The translations under genes were made by a program, and so were the position numbers. A stretch of 64,000 nucleotides of DNA from an uncultured Candidatus Rokubacteria bacterium (GTDB taxonomy: Bacteria; Methylomirabilota; Methylomirabilia; Rokubacteriales; DASRDR01), in NCBI GenBank assembly GCA_963805625.1, contig CAWDVE010000021.1:64001-128000 (forward strand), written 5' to 3'. Shown one piece after another: positions 57,728-64,000 of the stretch (position 1 is the first letter of the stretch; each line of letters begins with the position of its first letter). Under the pieces are notes generated by a model that did no database searches, had not been told where the DNA came from, and saw only the letters and a list, made by a program, of their open reading frames with translations.

Positions 57728-57913
57728 CTACCAGGAGGCCTTCACCACGCCCGGGATCTCGCCCCGCAGGGCCAGGTTCCGAAAGCAGATTCGGCACAGC
57801 TGGAACTTGCGGAGATACCCGCGCGGGCGCCCACACAGCCGGCAACGCGTGTAGCTGCGCGCCTTGAACTTCGGAACACTCCGCTGCTTGTTGATCAGGG
57901 ACGTCTTTGCCAT
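57728..57913 (-). CDS. rpsN: 30S ribosomal protein S14 (type Z)
   Basis: RCRLCGR..CRICFR..KASW. Confidence 0.96.
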   Translation of the reverse strand: MAKTSLINKQRSVPKFKARSYTRCRLCGRPRGYLRKFQLCRICFRNLALRGEIPGVVKASW

Positions 57914-57929
57914 TGGCTCGTTCTCCGCC

Positions 57930-58652
57930 CTACTCGCGGAACGGCACGCCGAGGTGCGTCAGGAGGGCCTTCGCCTCCTCGTCCGTCGCGGCCGTCGTGC
58001 AGATGATGATGTCCATCCCGCGGATCTTGTCGATCTTGTCGTAGTCGATCTCCGGAAAGATGATCTGCTCCTTGAGCCCGAGCGCATAGTTTCCTCGCCC
58101 GTCGAACGACTTCGGGGACACCCCCCGGAAGTCGCGCACCCGTGGGAGGGCCACGCTGACCAGGCGGTCGAGGAACTCGTACATCCGCGCGCCGCGCAGC
58201 GTCGTTTTCGCCCCCACCGGCATCCCGGTTCGCACCTTGAAGGCGGCGATCGATTTCTTCGCCTTCGTGATCACGGCCTTCTGGCCGGTGATCGCCACCA
58301 TGTCGGCGGCGGCGGCGTCCAGCGCCTTCGCGTTCTCCTTGGCCTCGCCGAGCCCCATGTTGAGGACGATCTTCTCGAGGCGCGGCGCCTGGTGCGGGTT
58401 CCGGTAGCCACGCTCCTGCATGAGGGCGGGCACGATGGCGGCTCGGTAGCGCTCGCGCAGCCGCGGCGGGATCTGCCCCATGCTGCGCGACTTGGCCGCA
58501 GGCGCCGCAGGCGCAGCCTTCGCCGCCGCCGGCCCCCCCTTGCCACCGCGCGCGGGCGCCCCCGACTTGCCGCCTCCGGCCGGCTTCGCGCCGGCCGCCT
58601 TCGCGCCGCCCGCCTTGGCCGGAGCGCCCTCAGGCTTGTCTGCCTTCGCCAT
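57930..58652 (-). CDS. rplE: 50S ribosomal protein L5 with long A/G/K/P-rich N-terminal extension (alternative start 58481)
   Basis: [27 protein letters not shown]. Confidence 0.96.
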   Translation of the reverse strand: MAKADKPEGAPAKAGGAKAAGAKPAGGGKSGAPARGGKGGPAAAKAAPAAPAAKSRSMGQIPPRLRERYRAAIVPALMQERGYRNPHQAPRLEKIVLNMGLGEAKENAKALDAAAADMVAITGQKAVITKAKKSIAAFKVRTGMPVGAKTTLRGARMYEFLDRLVSVALPRVRDFRGVSPKSFDGRGNYALGLKEQIIFPEIDYDKIDKIRGMDIIICTTAATDEEAKALLTHLGVPFRE

Positions 58653-58663
58653 CGCGTCTCTCC

Positions 58664-58999
58664 CTAGCTCTTGTCCACGAGCTCGCCGCAGCGCCGGCAC
58701 ACGCGCGCACGGCGGTCGTTCGCCAGCACCCGAATGCCGATCCGGGTCGCCTTGTCGCACTTGCCGCAGACCAGCATCAGGTTCGAGACGTGCAGCGGTG
58801 CCTCGCGCTCGATGATCCCGCCCTGGCGGAGCTTCTGCGTCGGACGCTGGTGCCGCTTGACCATGTTGATGCGCTCGACGACGACGCGTTCTCGGGCTGG
58901 GAGCACGAACAGGACCTTGCCGCGCTTCCCCTTCTCCCGTCCCGCGATGACCAGGACCGTGTCGTTCTTCCGGATTGCCAACGCTCGCGATGCAGGCAT
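58664..58999 (-). CDS. rplX: 50S ribosomal protein L24
   Basis: [24 protein letters not shown]. Confidence 0.96.
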   Translation of the reverse strand: MPASRALAIRKNDTVLVIAGREKGKRGKVLFVLPARERVVVERINMVKRHQRPTQKLRQGGIIEREAPLHVSNLMLVCGKCDKATRIGIRVLANDRRARVCRRCGELVDKS

Positions 59000-59013
59000 T
59001 GATTCAGAGCTCC

Positions 59014-59382
59014 TCACAGAACCTCGGGGGCGAGCGAGATGATCTTCAGGAACTGCCGATCCCGGAGCTCGCGCGCCACAGGTCCGAAGATGCGCGTCCC
59101 GATCGGGTTGTTCTGCGGGTTCAGGAGCACCGCGGCGTTGCGATCGAACTTGATGTGCGAGCCGTCGGGCCGCCGGATCTCCTTCGCCGTTCGCACCACG
59201 ACCGCGCGCGCCACGTCGCCCTTCTTCACGGACCCGTCGGGGGTCGCTTCCTTCACCGCCACGATGATCGTGTCCCCAATCGACGCGTACTTCTTGTTCG
59301 AGCCGCCCATCACCCGGATGCACTGCACCTTCTTGGCGCCCGAGTTATCGGCGACGTCCAGCATCGTCCGCGGTTGAATCAT
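59014..59382 (-). CDS. rplN: 50S ribosomal protein L14
   Basis: [22 protein letters not shown]. Confidence 0.98.
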   Translation of the reverse strand: MIQPRTMLDVADNSGAKKVQCIRVMGGSNKKYASIGDTIIVAVKEATPDGSVKKGDVARAVVVRTAKEIRRPDGSHIKFDRNAAVLLNPQNNPIGTRIFGPVARELRDRQFLKIISLAPEVL

Positions 59383-59406
59383 GGCTGTGCGCTCCCCGGG
59401 GCGGGC

Positions 59407-59649
59407 TCAGAAGGCCCGCCCGAGGATCTCCTTGATCCGCCAATGCTTGTCCTTGGACAGCGGGCGGGTCTCCACGATGAGCACGCGGTCCCCCACGTGC
59501 GCCTCGTTCCGCTCGTCATGCGCCTTGAACCGCGTCGTCCGCTTGATGACGCGCTCGTACTGCGAATGGCGGAAGGAGCGCTCCACCACGACCACTCGCG
59601 TCTTGCTCATCTTGTCGCTGACCACCAGACCGACCCGGGTCTTCAGCAC
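59407..59649 (-). CDS. rpsQ: 30S ribosomal protein S17
   Basis: [22 protein letters not shown]. Confidence 0.96.
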   Translation of the reverse strand: MLKTRVGLVVSDKMSKTRVVVVERSFRHSQYERVIKRTTRFKAHDERNEAHVGDRVLIVETRPLSKDKHWRIKEILGRAF

Positions 59650-59666
59650 GCCTCGCCTCCCCGCGC

Positions 59667-59873
59667 CTAGCCGCGCTGCAGCCCGAGCGTGCGCTCGCGC
59701 AGCAGTGTTTGGACACGGGCGAGCTCGCGCCGGGCCTGGCCGATGCGCGACGGGTTCTTCGCCATCGCCATCGAGACCTGGAAGCGGAGGTTGAAGACCT
59801 CCTCCCGGAGCTCGCGGGCCTTTTGCCCGAGCTCGGTCTCGCTCAGATCGCGCAGCTTTGTCTTTCCCTTCAT
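59667..59873 (-). CDS. rpmC: 50S ribosomal protein L29
   Basis: [15 protein letters not shown]. Confidence 0.95.
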   Translation of the reverse strand: MKGKTKLRDLSETELGQKARELREEVFNLRFQVSMAMAKNPSRIGQARRELARVQTLLRERTLGLQRG

Positions 59874-59910
59874 CGCCTCGCCTCGCTCAGCCCTCTGACG
59901 GCCTGTGGGC

Positions 59911-60324
59911 TCATGCTTGCTCGCGCTTGATCATCTTCGTTCGGATGGGCAGCTTGTTGGCCGCCAGGCGGAACGCCTCCCGCGCGATCTCCTCGGTCAG
60001 CCCCTCCATCTCGTACAGGATCCGGCCGGGCTTGACGACCGCCACCCAGTACTCGGGGTTCCCCTTGCCCTTCCCCATCCGCGTCTCGGCGGGCTTCTTG
60101 GTGAAGGGCTTGTCCGGGAAGACCCGGATCCAGATCTTGCCCCCCCGCTTGACCGCTCGCGTCAGGGCCACGCGGCCCGCTTCGATCTGGCGATTCGTGA
60201 GCCAGCACGGCTCGAGGGCCTTCAGCCCGAAATCGCCAAACGCGAGCGTCGCGCCCCGTTGGGCGGTCCCCTTCATCCGGCCTCGCTGGGCCTTGCGGTA
60301 CTTGACGCGCTTGGGCTGGAGCAT
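59911..60324 (-). CDS. rplP: 50S ribosomal protein L16
   Basis: [15 protein letters not shown]. Confidence 0.98.
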   Translation of the reverse strand: MLQPKRVKYRKAQRGRMKGTAQRGATLAFGDFGLKALEPCWLTNRQIEAGRVALTRAVKRGGKIWIRVFPDKPFTKKPAETRMGKGKGNPEYWVAVVKPGRILYEMEGLTEEIAREAFRLAANKLPIRTKMIKREQA

Positions 60325-60333
60325 CGCGTCCGG

Positions 60334-60984
60334 CTACCCGAGCTCGGCCGCCCGGGCCGCGGGCAGCACCTCGCCCTTGAAGATCCACACCTTCACGCCG
60401 ATCGTCCCGTACGTCGTGTGCGCCGTGGCGACCCCGAAGTCGAGATCCGCCCGAAGCGTCTGGAGCGGCACCCGGCCGTCGCGGTACCACTCGCGGCGGG
60501 CGATCTCGGCCCCGCCGAGCCGCCCCGCGCAGGCGATCCGCACCCCCTCGGCCCCGAGCCGGACCGAGCTCTGCACCGCCTTCTTCATCGCGCGCCGGAA
60601 GGCCACCCGCTTCTCCAGCTGGAGCGCGATGTTCTCGGCGACGAGCTGCGAGTCGAGCTCCGGATGCACGACCTCCTGGATGTCGAGGTGGATCTCCTTC
60701 CCCGTTCGCATCTGCAGCTCGCTCTTGAGCTTCTCGACCTCGGCACCCTTCCGCCCGATGATGATCCCGGGCCGCGCCGTGTGGACGGTGATCCGCGCCC
60801 GGTTGGCCGAGCGCTCGACGTCGATCCGCGAGATGCCCGCGTGGTAGAGCGCGTCCTTGATGTATCGCCGGATCTTGATGTCCTCGTGGAGCAGGTTCGC
60901 GTACTCCTTGGAAGCGAACCAGCGTGAGCTCCACGTTCGCGTCGTCCCCAGCCGGAACCCGATCGGGTGGACCTTCTGCCCCAT
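60334..60984 (-). CDS. rpsC: 30S ribosomal protein S3
   Basis: [23 protein letters not shown]. Confidence 0.98.
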   Translation of the reverse strand: MGQKVHPIGFRLGTTRTWSSRWFASKEYANLLHEDIKIRRYIKDALYHAGISRIDVERSANRARITVHTARPGIIIGRKGAEVEKLKSELQMRTGKEIHLDIQEVVHPELDSQLVAENIALQLEKRVAFRRAMKKAVQSSVRLGAEGVRIACAGRLGGAEIARREWYRDGRVPLQTLRADLDFGVATAHTTYGTIGVKVWIFKGEVLPAARAAELG

Positions 60985-61415
60985 TACGCGCTCCTCGTCG
61001 TCGTCTTTGCCGGTCGGCGGCCGCCACTCGGACGCGCGCGCGTCGCCCCGGCCGGCCGTTGCCGCGCCGGAGCGGTGCCAGCCCCGGCCTCGGCCAGAGC
61101 CACCGTGATGTGGGCAAGTCGATGTCGGATCCAGAACGCCCGGCCCATCGCCCGTGGCTGGATCCGCTTGAGCGACGGGCCCTCGTCGATCACTGCGTTC
61201 ACCCGGAGGTCATCCAAGCTTCGCACCTGGTGGTTGTGCTCGGCGTTTGCGACGGCGGATCGCAGAACCTTCTCGATGTGCCGGGCCGCCACCTGGGGCG
61301 AGTACTGCAGGATCGCCAGCGCCTCCGCCACGGTCTTGCCGCGCACGAGGTCCGCGACCAGACGCGCCTTGCGGGGCGACACCCGGATGTAACGTGCGAC
61401 GGCCTTGGTGAGCAT
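60984..61415 (-). CDS. rplV: 50S ribosomal protein L22
   Basis: [23 protein letters not shown]. Confidence 0.97.
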   Translation of the reverse strand: MLTKAVARYIRVSPRKARLVADLVRGKTVAEALAILQYSPQVAARHIEKVLRSAVANAEHNHQVRSLDDLRVNAVIDEGPSLKRIQPRAMGRAFWIRHRLAHITVALAEAGAGTAPARQRPAGATRARPSGGRRPAKTTTRSA

Positions 61416-61427
61416 CCGATCTCCGTC

Positions 61428-61712
61428 CTACTTCAGCGCCGTCGACTTCTCGGTGTGCGAGCCGTGCGCCCGGAACGTCCGCGTCGGCGAGAACTCACCG
61501 AGCTTGTGACCGACCATGTTCTCCGTGACGTAGACCGGGATGAACTTCCGGCCGTTGTGGACGGCCAGCGTGTGCCCGACGAAGTCCGGGCTGATCGTCG
61601 ACCGCCGGGACCAGGTCTTGATCACTTTCTTCTGCCGGGAGGCATTGAGTGCCTCGACCTTCTCCATGAGATGTGTGTCGATGAACGGGCCCTTGCTGAC
61701 CGAGCGTCCCAC
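61428..61712 (-). CDS. rpsS: 30S ribosomal protein S19
   Basis: [16 protein letters not shown]. Confidence 0.98.
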   Translation of the reverse strand: MGRSVSKGPFIDTHLMEKVEALNASRQKKVIKTWSRRSTISPDFVGHTLAVHNGRKFIPVYVTENMVGHKLGEFSPTRTFRAHGSHTEKSTALK

Positions 61713-61721
61713 GTCGTCCTC

Positions 61722-62549
61722 CTACCGCCGCCGCCCGCGGCGGGCGACGATGTACCGGTCCGACGGCTGGCGCCGCCGCGTCTTGGCACCCTTGGTCGGC
61801 TTGCCCCACGGGGTCATGGGGTGGTTGCCCTTACCACGTCCCTCACCGCCACCCATCGGGTGGTCGACGGGGTTCATCGCGACGCCCCGCACCGTCGGCC
61901 GGATCCCGAGCCAGCGGCTGCGGCCCGCCTTGCCCACCGTCACGTTCTCGTGGTCGAGGTTCCCCACCTGCCCGATCGTCGCCATGCAGGTCTGGCGGAT
62001 CAGCCGGATCTCGCCGGAAGGGAGTTTGACGTGGGCCATCTCCCCTTCCTTGGCCACGAGCTGCGCCCCGGTGCCGGCGCTCCGGCACAGCTGCCCGCCC
62101 TTGCCCGGCTGGAGCTCCACGTTGTGGATCGTGGTGCCCGCCGGGATGGCGCGAAGCGGGAGCGCGTTGCCCGGCAGGATGTCGGCGCTCGGCCCCGAGA
62201 CGACAGTGTCGTCCACCTTGAGCCCGTGGGGGGCGAGAATATAGCGCTTCTCCCCGTCGCGATAGTGCAACAGCGCGAGGTGGGCGCTGCGGTTCGGGTC
62301 GTACTCGATCGCCGCCACCTTCGCCGGCACCCCGAGCTTCTCGCGGCGGAAGTCGACCGCGCGGATCTTCCGCTTGTGCCCGCCGCCGATGTGCCGCGTC
62401 GTGATGCGACCCTGCGAGTTCCGGCCCCCGCTCCGCTTCTTGGTGTCAACGAGCGCCTTCTCCGGGCGGACCTTCGTGATCTCGTCGAAGGCCAGAATCG
62501 TCTGGAACCGTCGACCGGCCGATGTCGGCTTCAGCGTCCTGACTGCCAT
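61722..62549 (-). CDS. rplB: 50S ribosomal protein L2
   Basis: [25 protein letters not shown]. Confidence 0.98.
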   Translation of the reverse strand: MAVRTLKPTSAGRRFQTILAFDEITKVRPEKALVDTKKRSGGRNSQGRITTRHIGGGHKRKIRAVDFRREKLGVPAKVAAIEYDPNRSAHLALLHYRDGEKRYILAPHGLKVDDTVVSGPSADILPGNALPLRAIPAGTTIHNVELQPGKGGQLCRSAGTGAQLVAKEGEMAHVKLPSGEIRLIRQTCMATIGQVGNLDHENVTVGKAGRSRWLGIRPTVRGVAMNPVDHPMGGGEGRGKGNHPMTPWGKPTKGAKTRRRQPSDRYIVARRGRRR

Positions 62550-62586
62550 GGTCCCGTCCTGTCTCCGTGCCTTCTGGGCGTTTCGC

Positions 62587-62874
62587 TTACGACTCGAAGA
62601 GCTCGATCTTGTTGTCGGGGGCGAGCTGGACGACGGCCTTCTTCCACGACGCACGTCGGCCCACGAAGCGGCCCATCCGCTTCTCTTTGCCGTAGACCAC
62701 CTGCGTGCGCACGTCGGTCACCTTCACCTTGAAGATCGTCTCGACCGCCCGCCGGATGTCGACCTTGTTGGCGTCCACCGCCACCTGGAAGCTCACCTGG
62801 TTGCGCTCGTCCTTGAGCGTCGTGGCCTTCTCGGTCACGAGCGGCCGTAGCACCACCTGCCGGGGGTCTCTCAT
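62587..62874 (-). CDS. rplW: 50S ribosomal protein L23
   Basis: PLVTEKA, ANKVDI, WKKAVV. Confidence 0.96.
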   Translation of the reverse strand: MRDPRQVVLRPLVTEKATTLKDERNQVSFQVAVDANKVDIRRAVETIFKVKVTDVRTQVVYGKEKRMGRFVGRRASWKKAVVQLAPDNKIELFES

Positions 62875-63521
62875 GCCTGGAGCCCTTCCTGCGTCGCGAC
62901 CAGGGCCTGGCGCTCCGCCACGATCCGGTCGTGCCTCAAGAGCTCGGCCACCGACACGTGCCCCGGGCGCCCGAGCGTCAGCCACGGCACGTTCTGGCAC
63001 GCGCGCACCAGCCCGGCGCTGGGCTCGACCACCATGAGGAGCGTCCGCGTCCCCGTGACGCCGAGCCCGGCCAGCAGCCCGACCAGCGCCTTTGTCTTCG
63101 GCTGCGTCAGCTCGAGCCGCTCCACCACCGTGAGCTGCCCGCCGGCGACCTTGTCCGTCCAGGCCGCCCGGAGCGCGCCGCGCCGCGCCTGTCGTGGCAT
63201 CGCCTGCGCGTAGCTCCGGGGCGTGGGCCCGAAGGGCTTGCCGCCCCCCTTCCACTGGGTCGCTCGGATCGAGCCCTGTCGCGCCCGGCCGGTGCCCTTT
63301 TGCTTCCAGGGCTTCTTGCCGCCGCCCGACACCTCGCTCCGGCCCTTCGTGTCGTGGGTGCCGGCCCGGCGCCCGTTCAGCTCCCGCACGACGGCCTGGT
63401 GGAGCAGCGCGCCGTGGATCGGCGCCCCGAACACGGCCGCGTCGAGATCGAGGGTGCCACGGGCCTTGCCGCTCGCGTCGACGACGTTGACCGTCACCGT
63501 GCTCGCCATGGCCGCGCTCAC
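62871..63521 (-). CDS. rplD: 50S ribosomal protein L4 (alternative start ATG 63509)
   Basis: KPWKQKGTGRARQGS. Confidence 0.97.
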   Translation of the reverse strand: MSAAMASTVTVNVVDASGKARGTLDLDAAVFGAPIHGALLHQAVVRELNGRRAGTHDTKGRSEVSGGGKKPWKQKGTGRARQGSIRATQWKGGGKPFGPTPRSYAQAMPRQARRGALRAAWTDKVAGGQLTVVERLELTQPKTKALVGLLAGLGVTGTRTLLMVVEPSAGLVRACQNVPWLTLGRPGHVSVAELLRHDRIVAERQALVATQEGLQA

Positions 63522-64000
63522 GCCTTCTTCGCAGCGTGCTGCTGCGCCTTCGAGAGCTTGACGCTCTTTCGCACCAGCAGGAGCCCACCCGTGGCGCCCG
63601 GGACGGCCCCCCTGATCACGAGCAGGTGCTGCTCGGGGAGCACGCGGACCACCTCGAGGTGCGGCGTCGTGACCCGGACCGCTCCCATGCGCCCCGGCAG
63701 CCGGTGACCCGGGAACACCCGCGAGGGATCCGACGAGGCGCCGATGGAGCCCGGCGCCCGGTGGAACATCGAGCCGTGGCTGGCCTCACCGCCCGTCCAG
63801 CCGTGGCGCTTGATGCCGCCCTGGAAGCCCCGGCCCTTCCGGAGCCCCGTGACGTCCACGAGCTCGCCCGGCTTGAAGAGGTCTACCGAGAGCGTCTGCC
63901 CCACCTGGTAGCCGTCCACCGACTCGAGTCGGACCTCGCGCAGGATCCGCACGGCCCCGACTCCGGCCTTCTTGAAGTGGCCGGCCATCGGCTTCCGGAC
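63518..64000 (-). CDS. rplC: 50S ribosomal protein L3 (N-terminus outside the window)
   Basis: KGRGFQG.IKRH, HRAPGSIG, GAVPG. Confidence 0.97.
   Translation of the reverse strand, partial: VRKPMAGHFKKAGVGAVRILREVRLESVDGYQVGQTLSVDLFKPGELVDVTGLRKGRGFQGGIKRHGWTGGEASHGSMFHRAPGSIGASSDPSRVFPGHRLPGRMGAVRVTTPHLEVVRVLPEQHLLVIRGAVPGATGGLLLVRKSVKLSKAQQHAAKKA

Noticed and set aside
1-64000. CRISPR arrays, tRNA/rRNA genes, IS elements, prophage
   Set aside because: No spaced direct repeats, cloverleaf or rRNA signatures, transposases or integrases seen by eye.

Overview
Very GC-rich bacterial DNA; gene content and style suggest Candidatus Rokubacteria/Methylomirabilota, but this is inference only. The window has four blocks. 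(1) 1-21.4 kb, mixed metabolic and regulatory genes: a luciferase-like monooxygenase, a long Lhr helicase, a probable selenocysteine UxxC redoxin with a SECIS-like hairpin, a GH63-like glucosidase, glucose dehydrogenase, gluconolactonase, amidohydrolase, HAD, a peptide-binding protein, a redoxin-kinase-regulator operon, a TPP enzyme and two internally deleted pseudogenes. (2) 21.4-40.7 kb, a ~19-kb co-directional minus-strand respiratory cluster: an orphan CydA-like subunit with no quinol loop, a diheme cytochrome c, a triheme-c/EB_dh cytochrome, a cupredoxin, an A1-type aa3 oxidase operon whose ctaB is frameshifted in a G6 run, and an accessory module in which eight PCP_red-like domains are spread over three proteins next to an Mrp/ApbC ATPase. 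(3) 41-49 kb: livHMGF, trxA, thiL, two CNNM/HlyC proteins and a dienelactone hydrolase. (4) 49.2-64 kb: the S10-spc-alpha ribosomal cluster, whose rpoA lacks the alpha-CTD and has a divergent NTD. I saw no rRNA, tRNA, CRISPR array or mobile element. Most long alternative-frame ORFs in the track are GC shadow ORFs.
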